Origin: Thermodesulfovibrionia bacterium
Lineage (GTDB): Bacteria > Nitrospirota > Thermodesulfovibrionia > Thermodesulfovibrionales > SM23-35
Assembly (NCBI GenBank): GCA_041500225.1
Contig: JBGQLV010000006.1
Span: 8,271 to 72,270 of the forward strand
DNA: 64,000 bases
Direction: 5' to 3'
The notes below the pieces were generated by a model that searched no databases, had not been told where the DNA came from, and saw only the letters and a list, made by a program, of their open reading frames with translations. This document shows, piece after piece, positions 20,198-29,710 of the stretch (positions are counted from its first letter, which is position 1; each line of letters begins with the position of its first letter). Made by a program: the position numbers and the translations under genes.

Positions 20198-20395
20198 AAG
20201 AGATAGAGAGTTTCTTGCCGCACTTCTTCTTCCTTGTCATAAAAACTATGACAACAAACCTATTAAAAGTATTACAAAAAAAATAGCTTTTCTACGATAT
20301 TATTTCGAAATTCAATCTACTATACTTTAAATGATGGTTAAATATGCAGAAATGATAAAGGGATAAAAAAATTATGAAGGTATGAGGTATTTTAA

Positions 20396-21286
20396 ATGAT
20401 AAAGTCAAAATCAGGACGATTGATGATTGTTGATGATGAAATTGATTTATTGACCTCTTTGTGCGATATCCTTTCAGAGATTGGCTACGAGACGGTAGGT
20501 TTTACCTCGGGCAAGGATGCACTGAAGGCACTGAAGGAGCGAGATTTTGACCTGCTTTTAACAGACCTTATGATGCCTGAAATGGACGGTATTGCGCTGC
20601 TGCGAGCCGCGCTGGAAATGGACCCGCATCTTGTCGGCATCATAATAACGGGGCAGGGCACGATTCATACTGCGGTAGAAGCAATAAAGATCGGGGCATT
20701 TGATTATGTATTAAAACCGTTCAGGTTAAAGTCACTCGATATGACGCTGACCCGTGCAATGAGACTGCACCAGCTTAAAGAATCGGAAGAAAAATATCGC
20801 TCTATAGTCGAGGATCAGACCGAGCTGGTCTGTCGTTTTTTGCCTGGTGGATTACTTACTTTTGTGAACGAGGCTTACTGCCGCTATTTTGGAAAGAAGC
20901 GTGAGGAGTTGCTTGGGAACAGCTTTATGAAATTTATTCCCGATGAGGATCATGAACAAGTAGAAAGACACTTTATGTTTATTAACATGGAAAATCCTGT
21001 GGCTAAATACGAGCACCGTGTTATAAGTCCCAATGGTGAAATATGCTGGCAGCAGTGGACTAACCGGGCGATATTTGACAAGCATGGTAACTTCATTGAG
21101 TTCCAGTCGGTGGGGAGCGACATCACCGAACGCAAGCGGATGGAGGAAGAACTTAGAAAGAGAATAGAAGATCTTGAAAAGTTTTATGATATGGCAGTTA
21201 GCAGAGAGCTTAAGATGAAGGAGATGAAGAATGAAATAGAAAGCTTAAAGGTTGAACTCTCAAAGTATAAGAAGGATGAGGGTTGA
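20396..21286 (+). CDS. receiver - PAS - coiled-coil protein
   Basis: The REC domain is nearly collinear and mostly identical with that of 18447-19568. It is followed by a PAS fold and a charged C-terminal helix. Confidence 0.8.
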   Translation: MIKSKSGRLMIVDDEIDLLTSLCDILSEIGYETVGFTSGKDALKALKERDFDLLLTDLMMPEMDGIALLRAALEMDPHLVGIIITGQGTIHTAVEAIKIGAFDYVLKPFRLKSLDMTLTRAMRLHQLKESEEKYRSIVEDQTELVCRFLPGGLLTFVNEAYCRYFGKKREELLGNSFMKFIPDEDHEQVERHFMFINMENPVAKYEHRVISPNGEICWQQWTNRAIFDKHGNFIEFQSVGSDITERKRMEEELRKRIEDLEKFYDMAVSRELKMKEMKNEIESLKVELSKYKKDEG

Positions 21287-21371
21287 AGGATGCAGGACAG
21301 GTAATAAAAGAATCGCTTCTGTCCTGTCGAAGCAGTTATCCGTCATCTATCATGCGCAAAGGGAGTAATAA

Positions 21372-22970
21372 ATGGGCAAAGAACTTCAAATACTGATACT
21401 CGAAGATGTTGCTGCCGACGCTGAATTGATTGAACGCGAGTTACGTAAAGGGGGAATAGCATTCTTATCGAAGAGAGTGGAAACAAAAAAGGCGTTCCTG
21501 AAAGAAATTAAAGACTTTGCGCCAGATATTATCCTCGCAGACTATACACTTCCATCATTCGACGGTCTTTCCGCTTTAAAAATTGCAAAAGAACGGTGTC
21601 CTGATGTGCCTTTTATTTTCGTCTCAGGGACAATTGGCGAAGAACGGGCAATTGAAGCCCTAAAAAGAGGTGCAACGGATTATGTTCTTAAAGATCGGCT
21701 TTTACGCCTTGTACCGGCAGTAAATCGGGCATTACGTGAAGTTAGGGAGCGTGTTGAGCGCAAGCAGGCAGAGGAGGCATTACAATATAGAGTTGAATTC
21801 GAAAATCTCATTACTGTTTTATCAACAAACTTTATCAACGTTGCACCAGAAGATATTGACAAATGGATAAGCCTTGCCTTACAAACAATCGGAGAATTTG
21901 CAGGTGTTGACCGTAGTTATGTCTTTTTGTTTTCTAAGAAGGGAACGAAAATGGACAATACACACGAATGGTGTGCCGAAGAGATTGAACCGCAAATCCA
22001 GAGACTCAAAAATCTATCGGTTAATGCCTTCCCATGGTTCGCTAATAGGATAAAGAAGCGCGAGATTATTTATATTCCACGTGTCATTGATCTTCCACCC
22101 GAAGCGAACGCTGAAAAAGAAGAATTTCATCTATCAGCAATTCAATCGCTTATCAACGTTCCCATGGTCTATCGAGGAACCCTTGTTGGATTTCTTGGGT
22201 TCGATTCGGTACGGGAAGAAAAGTTATGGTCAGGAGACAGCATTGCGTTGCTTAAAATAGTGGGAGAAATTTTTGTGAATGCATTGGAGCGCAAGCGAAC
22301 AGAGGAGTTGCTACTGGAGAGCGAGGCTCACTTTCGACAGTGGGCTGAAAAAACCCATAAAAGCAGGGACGCATTTTTAAATATGCTTGAGGATGTAAGT
22401 GAATCCTACAAAGAACTCGAAGAACTTTTTATGAGCCTTGTGAGGGCAATGGTCAATGCCCTTGATGCAAAGAGTCCATGGACAAAAGGTCATTCCGAGA
22501 GGGTGGCAGCGTATTCAGAGAGGATTGCAAAAGAGATGGGTCTTAATGAAGAGGAAATGAAAAACCTTCAGCTTGCTGCTATCCTTCACGATATCGGGAA
22601 AATTGGTACTTATGATTATCTTCTGGATAAACCGGCAAGACTCACAGACGAAGAGTTTGATATCGTAAAGAGACATCCGGCTCAAGGGGCAATGATCCTT
22701 AAAGATATAAGGCAATTAAAGGATATAATTCCATTAATCAGGCACCACCATGAGAGGATAGACGGAAAGGGATATCCTGATGGACTTAAGGGTGAGGAGA
22801 TTCCTTTCTGTGCACGGATACTCCATGTGGCTGATTCCTTTGATTCGATGACAGCAGACAGGCCATACAGGCCCGCCCCAGGTAAAGAATATGCCTTTCT
22901 GGAATTTAAAAGGTGCAAAGGCACACAGTTTGACCCCCGGGTAGCAAAGGCAGCTTTGAAGGCATTATAA
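21372..22970 (+). CDS. receiver - GAF - HD-GYP phosphodiesterase
   Basis: REC, a GAF-like middle, and an HD-GYP catalytic region (LHDIGK ... HHERIDGKGYPDGL). Confidence 0.85.
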   Translation: MGKELQILILEDVAADAELIERELRKGGIAFLSKRVETKKAFLKEIKDFAPDIILADYTLPSFDGLSALKIAKERCPDVPFIFVSGTIGEERAIEALKRGATDYVLKDRLLRLVPAVNRALREVRERVERKQAEEALQYRVEFENLITVLSTNFINVAPEDIDKWISLALQTIGEFAGVDRSYVFLFSKKGTKMDNTHEWCAEEIEPQIQRLKNLSVNAFPWFANRIKKREIIYIPRVIDLPPEANAEKEEFHLSAIQSLINVPMVYRGTLVGFLGFDSVREEKLWSGDSIALLKIVGEIFVNALERKRTEELLLESEAHFRQWAEKTHKSRDAFLNMLEDVSESYKELEELFMSLVRAMVNALDAKSPWTKGHSERVAAYSERIAKEMGLNEEEMKNLQLAAILHDIGKIGTYDYLLDKPARLTDEEFDIVKRHPAQGAMILKDIRQLKDIIPLIRHHHERIDGKGYPDGLKGEEIPFCARILHVADSFDSMTADRPYRPAPGKEYAFLEFKRCKGTQFDPRVAKAALKAL

Positions 22971-23083
22971 GTTCAATCGTCAAACAAATAAAACAGGCTG
23001 ATGACAATAGAATCACTTCCGATGTATAATTTTAAGAAATGACACAGCCCAGATTATTCATAAATTTTTATGATGGCAGCCGT

Positions 23084-23163
23084 GGATAGAATATTCTCGC
23101 TCATTCTCGGTCGTTACGACCTCCGATTGGGTCGCATCGACAATCCGCTCCAATACTCTATCC
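23084..23163 (+). repeat. copy 1 of an 80-100 nt palindromic element in a 5' leader (upstream of proB)
   Basis: The 36-nt core at 23091-23126 matches 52989-53024 at 34 of 36 positions. Closing helix GGATAGA (23084-23090) / TCTATCC (23157-23163). Confidence 0.7.
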
Positions 23164-23215
23164 CCGGCCTGTACACCATTTCTATGAATAATCTCGGATA
23201 AAGAGGTATTTTCAT

Positions 23216-24313
23216 ATGAAGAGGATTGTTGTAAAGATAGGCAGTAATATAATTGCCTATGGAAAAGAAGGACTTGATACAAAAAGAATCTCATCTATAG
23301 CACGCGAAATAGCTGAACTGCACAATACCGGATATGACGTAGTCATTGTCTCATCAGGTGCTATTGCTGCAGGTATGAAAAAACTCGGGTTAAAGGGAAA
23401 ACCGAAAGATATAAAACTCAAACAGGCTGCGGCAGCAATCGGCCAGAGCAGTCTAATATGGGCTTATGAAAGAAGTTTTGGAGATTATGGGAAAAAGGTA
23501 GCACAGGTGTTACTTACACGTGATGATTTTTCTGATAGAAAAAAATATATTAACTCTAAAAACACTCTCCTTACATTGCTTTCATACGGGATTGTTCCAA
23601 TAATAAATGAGAATGATACCGTTGCAACTGATGAGATAAAATTTGGCGACAATGATTATCTTGCATCTCTCGTTGCAGGTATTATAGAGGCTGAGAGGCT
23701 TATAGTCCTTTCAGATGTTGATGGGCTTTATACCGAGGATCCGCGACATAGTGAAAAGGCAAAGATTATCGAATACGTTGAGGAAATAACACCTGAACTT
23801 GAGTTAAAGGCAGGCGGGGCAGGAAGTACAATAGGTACCGGGGGAATGTATTCAAAAATCCTTGCTGCAAAAAGAGCAGTAAGCCACGGTATTACAGTCC
23901 ATATTATCAGCGGGAAAAAAGATGGACTCCTGACATCTCTTATGGCAGGTAAGCACTGCGGTACTGTGTTTAATCCAAAAAAGGAAAAATTGTCTTCAAG
24001 AAAAGGATGGATTGCATACGGCAGTCGTTCAAAAGGGAGCCTTATCATAGATGAAGGTGCGGTGAAGGCCCTGATACATGGTGGTAAAAGCCTTCTTCCT
24101 TCGGGCATTATCTCTGTTGAAGGTAATTTTGAAACAGGTGATTCGGTCTATTGCCTTGATTCAAAAGGAAACCGTATTGCTAAAGGCCTGATCAATTATT
24201 CCTCTCCCGAGATTGAGAAGATAAAGGGAAGAAAGACTTCAGAGATTGAAAAGATCCTTGGATATAAATACTCTGACGAGGCGATACACAGAGATAATTT
24301 AGTGTTGCTGTAG
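23216..24313 (+). CDS. proB: glutamate 5-kinase
   Basis: Amino-acid kinase fold (VVKIGSN, VSSGAIAAG) plus a C-terminal PUA domain. Confidence 0.9.
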   Translation: MKRIVVKIGSNIIAYGKEGLDTKRISSIAREIAELHNTGYDVVIVSSGAIAAGMKKLGLKGKPKDIKLKQAAAAIGQSSLIWAYERSFGDYGKKVAQVLLTRDDFSDRKKYINSKNTLLTLLSYGIVPIINENDTVATDEIKFGDNDYLASLVAGIIEAERLIVLSDVDGLYTEDPRHSEKAKIIEYVEEITPELELKAGGAGSTIGTGGMYSKILAAKRAVSHGITVHIISGKKDGLLTSLMAGKHCGTVFNPKKEKLSSRKGWIAYGSRSKGSLIIDEGAVKALIHGGKSLLPSGIISVEGNFETGDSVYCLDSKGNRIAKGLINYSSPEIEKIKGRKTSEIEKILGYKYSDEAIHRDNLVLL

Positions 24314-24442
24314 TTTGAGAGAAGATTCGCTCACAATGGCGGTGTCAAGTTAGACCCGCGGGTTGCATTAATAATCTATTCAATTTTTTTATAGCATTTA
24401 TTTCCATTTCATGATAATATTTTTAACTAAAAAGGTGTGATA

Positions 24443-24586
24443 GTGAAATTGAAGATTTTAGCATTAATTATTTCTCTTTTAATTTTTACTGGTTGTGCCA
24501 CTTATAAATATCAACCTGAATCTTGTTATCCTTATGCAGCATACAGAGGTTATGCCGGCCCCCATTGCTCTCCCTCAGCTCCTTAA
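24443..24586 (+). CDS. small putative lipoprotein (47 aa, below the ORF-track cutoff)
   Basis: GTG start after AAAGG. VKLKILALIISLLIFTGC is a signal peptide with a lipobox-like FTGC. Cys/Tyr-rich mature part. Confidence 0.35.
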   Translation: MKLKILALIISLLIFTGCATYKYQPESCYPYAAYRGYAGPHCSPSAP

Positions 24587-25071
24587 TCAATAATCTAAAG
24601 GGCCTTTTAGTGCAATAAGAATGAGATAGGGGTCATTTCGGTGTCAGGTCTGGCAATCATGCATTTATATTCAATAAAAATTCGCCAATGCCAATTGATT
24701 TTATTGGCGGACTCAACGGGATTCGTTCCGACTAATGTCGGGATTAGCCTTGAGAGCATGCTTTGAACAATTTTTGTAAAGGGGCTTCTGTCAACGGTCT
24801 GGGCATAACTTATCGATTTAACAGAGAATTCACAGATCTATATTTTTATATAATTTCCTGTATTTTCTGCCCTTTCAGATATATTCTGCTACAAATCTGC
24901 TACATTTTTTCTGAGCCTTTAACAATGCTAAAACAGACTATCGCAAAAATTATTTTATTATTCTGCTACAATTGTCCACATGGAAGGCGTTTCATACTTC
25001 CTGAAAGCCGCACCTATGATATACTTTATAAAAATACAGACTATAAGTGGTAATCAATTCAAGAGCGGATT

Positions 25072-25329
25072 ATGAAGAAAATATTGGATACAGTAGTTTT
25101 TGGTGAATATACTGCAGAAGATGTGTTAATTGTTGCCGGAGTTGTGATTGCATTATTGATAATCTTTCGAATACTAATGAGAGTTTTCAAAAAACAAGAA
25201 AGCAGTCAATACGTCCAGTTAGCTGATTGTCTGAACTGTGGTTGGCACGGAAAAGTTAGCAAGCTTGCAGGGCGATGTCCTAAATGTAACCAACCTTTAG
25301 GGGATCAGAAAGCACGTCGGATGAAATAG
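25072..25329 (+). CDS. small membrane-anchored zinc-ribbon protein
   Basis: One TM helix (VLIVAGVVIALLIIFRIL), then CLNC-x15-CPKC. Confidence 0.45.
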   Translation: MKKILDTVVFGEYTAEDVLIVAGVVIALLIIFRILMRVFKKQESSQYVQLADCLNCGWHGKVSKLAGRCPKCNQPLGDQKARRMK

Positions 25330-25496
25330 AATAGGAACGTTATGATATCGGCTTCTTCCTGTAATCGTGAATTTTATATTTCTCCTCACAATGCAATATT
25401 ACAATCAATAATCAATAAAAAATACAAATTTACTTTCTCCAACTTGGGTAGGATTGATTGTACGGTCAAAATTCCCAGAAGAAGGCAAATAAAAAG

Positions 25497-25510
25497 GGGT
25501 CAAATCTTTA
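25497..25510. repeat. left inverted repeat flanking the RAYT-like gene
   Basis: GGGGTCAAATCTTT, the exact reverse complement of 26530-26543. Confidence 0.9.
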
Positions 25511-25513
25511 CAA

Positions 25514-25543
25514 TTGACATATTTAATTGAGAAATGCTATAAA
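25514..25543 (+). promoter_or_regulatory. candidate promoter of the RAYT-like gene
   Basis: TTGACA (25514-25519), an 18-nt spacer, then TATAAA (25538-25543). The ATG is only 7 nt further on with no RBS, so the mRNA may be leaderless. Confidence 0.3.
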
Positions 25544-25549
25544 TGATGC

Positions 25550-26530
25550 ATGGCGAGGCCGTTAAGGATACAGTATCCCGGAGCTGTATACCATGTGACT
25601 TCCAGGGGTAACGAAAGAAAGGAGATATTTAGGGATGATAAAGACCGGCAAACCTTTCTTGAAATCCTTTCGCAATCCATAAGGATTTATAACATAAAAC
25701 CTTACAGTTATGTCCTCATGGGTAATCATTTTCACTTTCTTTTAGAGACACCGTTGGGTAATCTTGGTGAATTCATGCGACATTTCAATATAACCTATAC
25801 GGGATATTTTAATCGGAGACACAGAAGAGTAGGGCATCTATATCAGGGCAGGTACAAAAGTATTTTGGTGAATAAAGACGAATATTTATCCATACTGTCA
25901 AGATATATACATCTCAATCCTGTCAGGCTAAAAAACATGAGGAAGGAACCGGAGATCGAAAAAGTGGAATATCTTGTAAACTACCGATGGAGCAGTCTTC
26001 CTGGATATATAAAGAGAGGGAAAAGGGAGGAATTCATAGATTATGAGATGGTATTGGAAGAATATGGGGGAGATAATGCCAGGGGAAGAAAAATATACAA
26101 AAACAGAATATATTCAGATATAAAAGAGGGGATTGAGATAAAAGACAAAGTAATAGGTCAAAGCATCTTGGGTGGAGAAGAATTCGTAGAATGGATTAAG
26201 GAGAGATTTCTAAAAGGAAGGCAGGATAGAGAGAGTCCATCTTTAAGAGAACTGAAGAGATACCGTGCAAAAGAAGTGATAATGAAGGCAATAGAAAAAG
26301 TAACTGGGAAAAGCCTTGAAGAGATAAAGGCATCAAAGGGAAGACTTAGGCAGATTGCAACGGATTTATTATATCGGATAGGAGGTTTAAAGGGTGTAGA
26401 AATAGGAAATTTAATGGGAGTGGATTATAGCACAGTGAGTCAGGGGAGAAAGAGGTTAAGGGGTAAAATGCAAAAAGATAAGAGCTTGCGAGAGATGGTG
26501 AGTAAGATTGAAAGGAATTTGTCAATTTAA
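25550..26530 (+). CDS. IS200/RAYT-like Y1 (HUH) transposase with C-terminal DnaA-domain-IV-like HTH
   Basis: YHVTSRGNERKEIF, HUH motif in MGNHFHFLL, and the catalytic Tyr region GHLYQGRYKS, as in COG1943/REP-associated tyrosine transposases. The C-terminal ~90 aa resemble the DnaA C-terminal HTH (from memory). Confidence 0.8.
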   Translation: MARPLRIQYPGAVYHVTSRGNERKEIFRDDKDRQTFLEILSQSIRIYNIKPYSYVLMGNHFHFLLETPLGNLGEFMRHFNITYTGYFNRRHRRVGHLYQGRYKSILVNKDEYLSILSRYIHLNPVRLKNMRKEPEIEKVEYLVNYRWSSLPGYIKRGKREEFIDYEMVLEEYGGDNARGRKIYKNRIYSDIKEGIEIKDKVIGQSILGGEEFVEWIKERFLKGRQDRESPSLRELKRYRAKEVIMKAIEKVTGKSLEEIKASKGRLRQIATDLLYRIGGLKGVEIGNLMGVDYSTVSQGRKRLRGKMQKDKSLREMVSKIERNLSI

Positions 26531-26543
26531 AAGATTTGACCCC
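26530..26543. repeat. right inverted repeat flanking the RAYT-like gene
   Basis: AAAGATTTGACCCC. It overlaps the stop codon. Confidence 0.9.
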
Positions 26544-26575
26544 ATGTTCCCCTTGTTGACCCCATGTTCCCCTTG
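26536..26575 (+). repeat. perfect 20-bp tandem duplication (TTGACCCCATGTTCCCCTTG x2)
   Basis: Read directly. The first unit overlaps the right inverted repeat. Confidence 0.95.
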
Positions 26576-27031
26576 TTCTTGCTGCCGGCGACGCTATTGT
26601 AGAAGTCGTTAATATCCCTCATAACGGAAAGAACCTCGGCACTATGCCGGTGGTGCTTATTGCCTTTTACACAGGAGAAATAGGTACACCCAACACGGTT
26701 ATGACGCCTACCGATCACTATGTGACAGCGTTAAAACATAATACGGGGCGTAAGATGCAGAGAAGAATGAGGAGGTTTGGGGGCAGGATATGATTTTAAC
26801 TTTATAGTTCTTTGTTTTCCAAAAAATCAATTACTTCAGGTTCAACAGATGCAATTACACTTCAACTAAGCCAGTCTGGGAATTCCGTGACAGGCACACA
26901 TTCAGCCTGACACTATTGTTGTTGCTCGGAATCTATTACTTTGTCTAATGTTGCCGGAAGGCCGAGTTTTGACACACAAATTATTTTTTTGATGATAAAA
27001 ACTGTGTTAACATCTCAATTATGAAAAGTTC

Positions 27032-29608
27032 CTAAGAGCTGATCTTCTTCTTAATCTCAATAAGTTTATTAAGCGCATCTTCTGGTTTAAGCTGTTTTAA
27101 ATCCAGATTTTTGATTTCTGTAATTACAGATTCTGTCACAGAAGAGAAGAGGTCAAGCTGGACCGTGCCTTTCTTCGTTTTCCTGTCTGCAAACCTTGGC
27201 CTGCCTGTCTCATTCAGCTCCTCTTTTTCGAGATTGGCAAGCACCTCCTTTGCCCTTTTTATGATGCTATCAGGAAGCCCTGCTAATCTTGCTACCTGTA
27301 TGCCGTAACTTTTGTCAGCAGGACCCTTTTCAATCTTTCTTAAAAATATAATCTCATCACCCCATTCTTTTACTGATACATTATAGTTCCTGACACCATC
27401 GTGAGTAAGGCTGAGTTCGGTTAGCTCGTTATAGTGTGTTGCAAAGAGTGTCCTTGCATTTATCTCGTTTAAGATATGTTCTGCAACAGCCCAGGCAATG
27501 CTTATACCGTCAAATGTGCTTGTGCCCCTTCCTACCTCGTCGAGAAGTATGAGACTTTTAGCGGTTGCATTGTGTGTGATGTTTGCTACCTCTATCATCT
27601 CTACCATGAAGGTGCTCTGACCTTTTGTAAGGAAATCAGATGCGCCTATCCTTGTAAAAATCCTGTCAGCAATCCCTATCTTCGCATCAGATGCAGGGAC
27701 GAAGCTCCCAATTTGTGCCATGATAACTATAAGTGCAATTTGCCTCATGGATGTGGATTTCCCAGCCATATTCGGGCCTGTAATTATAAGGAGACGGTCG
27801 TTTTCGTTATCCATAAAAATGCTGTTTGGTATAAACCTTTCATCCATTGGTATTCTTTCGAGGACAGGATGCCTCCCGTCTGTTATATCGATTACCCCGG
27901 TTTCATCTACAGTAGGCTTTATATAGTTATACCTTTTTGCAACAACGGCAAGCGAGGCAAGAAAATCAACGATTGAGACGGCTGAAGCTGTTTTTGACAG
28001 AAGTGCAGATTCTTTTTGTATATCATCGAGTATTTCCTGAAAGAGCTGGTACTCAAGATTCTTAAGTCTTTCTTCAGCTCCGAGGATACTTGTCTCATAT
28101 TCTTTAAGTTCCGGGGTTATAAACCTTTCTCCCCCCACAAGTGTCTGTTTTCTGATGTAATCGTCCGGGACCATATGGAGATTTGCTTTTGTGACCTCGA
28201 TATAGTAACCATAGACCCGGTTATATCTGACTTTCAGGGAAGATATACCTGTCCTTTGTTTTTCCTTTTGCTCCAGCTCTGCAATAAAGTCCTTACCTTT
28301 TGTAGATATGTTCCTGATCTCGTCTAAATCAGTATTATATCCAGACTTGATAATCCCACCGTCTCTGAGGCTTATCGGAGGATTATCAACAATACTTTTC
28401 TCTATTAATTTAATGAGGGCTGAAAATTCGGATATCTCCTCTGAAATTGAGCTTAGATAAGGATTTTTAGAAGAGCCAAGAGATTTCTTGATCTTTGGCA
28501 GGTATGATACGGAATTTTTGATTGCTAAAAGATCCCTCGCATTTGCACTCTTTGAACCAACCTTTGCAGAAAGCCTTTCGAGGTCCTGTATTTTCCGCAG
28601 AGACGTCCTGAAATCTTCAAGCAGCTCGTAGTCTTCTACAAGATATTCAACTGCATCCCGCCTCTTTTTTATTTCATGGATATTAATAAGAGGTTTCAAG
28701 ATGGAGGCCCTTAAGAACCTTCCGCCCATAGGGGTAAGTGTTTCATCAAGGACCCAGAGAAGCGTGCCTTCGTTTGAGCTATCCTTAAAATTGTGAGTGA
28801 GTTCAAGGTTGCGCTGTGTTGCTGCATCTAAAAACATATAAGAATCCTGTCTCAAAGTAGTTATCTTTTTAAAACTTAATGTTTCCTTCTGTGTATCCTC
28901 AAGGTAACTGATTAGTGCCCCGGCAGCAGAGATTGCAGCAGTCATGCCATCGCATCCATAACCGTCAAGAGAAGAGACCCTTAAATGCTTCAGTAAAGTC
29001 TTATATGCCTCTGAATAATCAAAATACCAATCATCATAAACAGATATATAAAAGTTATTGAGAGACTCTTTATAGTGGATATTGTCCTTGAGACTATGGG
29101 GGATCAGGATTTCTCTTGGTTCAAACCTGTACATCTCATCCTCAATATTTTCAGCTGTTTCATAAACGATAAACTCTCCTGTAGAGATATCGACTGCTGC
29201 TATGCCGTGCTTGCCTCCAGAGGAAAACAGGCTTATGATATAAGAGTTTTCTTTAGGGTTTTCGGGTGCATGTGTTCCAGGTGTAATTACCTTTACAATA
29301 TCCCTCTGGACAATGCCTTTTGCCTCTTTTGGGTCTTCTAACTGTTCGCAAATTGCAACCTTAAATCCTGCTTTAATCAGCTTTGATATATAACCTTCTG
29401 ATGCAAAGTAAGGGATACCGCACATAGGTACAGGCTCTTCCTTTGATTTATCCCTTGTTGTGAGCGCTATCTGCAGTATCTTGGATGCCTTCTCTGCATC
29501 CTCTCCAAACATTTCGTAAAAATCTCCAAGCCTGAAAAAGACAATTGCGTCTTTGTATCTTTCTTTGATGCTTAAGTATTGTTTCATCAAGGGGGTTATT
29601 TCTGACAT
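27032..29608 (-). CDS. mutS: DNA mismatch repair protein MutS
   Basis: N-terminal mismatch-binding start (TPLMKQY), Walker A GPNMAGKST, STFMVEM, and full MutS length. Confidence 0.95.
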   Translation of the reverse strand: MSEITPLMKQYLSIKERYKDAIVFFRLGDFYEMFGEDAEKASKILQIALTTRDKSKEEPVPMCGIPYFASEGYISKLIKAGFKVAICEQLEDPKEAKGIVQRDIVKVITPGTHAPENPKENSYIISLFSSGGKHGIAAVDISTGEFIVYETAENIEDEMYRFEPREILIPHSLKDNIHYKESLNNFYISVYDDWYFDYSEAYKTLLKHLRVSSLDGYGCDGMTAAISAAGALISYLEDTQKETLSFKKITTLRQDSYMFLDAATQRNLELTHNFKDSSNEGTLLWVLDETLTPMGGRFLRASILKPLINIHEIKKRRDAVEYLVEDYELLEDFRTSLRKIQDLERLSAKVGSKSANARDLLAIKNSVSYLPKIKKSLGSSKNPYLSSISEEISEFSALIKLIEKSIVDNPPISLRDGGIIKSGYNTDLDEIRNISTKGKDFIAELEQKEKQRTGISSLKVRYNRVYGYYIEVTKANLHMVPDDYIRKQTLVGGERFITPELKEYETSILGAEERLKNLEYQLFQEILDDIQKESALLSKTASAVSIVDFLASLAVVAKRYNYIKPTVDETGVIDITDGRHPVLERIPMDERFIPNSIFMDNENDRLLIITGPNMAGKSTSMRQIALIVIMAQIGSFVPASDAKIGIADRIFTRIGASDFLTKGQSTFMVEMIEVANITHNATAKSLILLDEVGRGTSTFDGISIAWAVAEHILNEINARTLFATHYNELTELSLTHDGVRNYNVSVKEWGDEIIFLRKIEKGPADKSYGIQVARLAGLPDSIIKRAKEVLANLEKEELNETGRPRFADRKTKKGTVQLDLFSSVTESVITEIKNLDLKQLKPEDALNKLIEIKKKISS

Positions 29609-29710
29609 AACTGATTATTTAATAACATAAGACATTGAAAGTGCAATATGTAAGTTTGATATATGAAAAAGATGCTTTAGGCAGCCCTTCGAGGAATCAT
29701 AAAAATTAGT

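Noticed and set aside
23058-23294. 78-aa minus-strand ORF upstream of proB
   Set aside because: It is built from the repeat element and overlaps the proB start. It has no RBS.
24763-25053. 96-aa ORF in the gap after proB
   Set aside because: It has a TTG start, no RBS, and odd Phe/Tyr/Cys-rich composition. The region is better described as non-coding with short repeats.
26536-26575. Possible CRISPR-like direct repeats
   Set aside because: There are only two abutting 20-bp units with no spacer. This is a tandem duplication attached to the RAYT inverted repeat.
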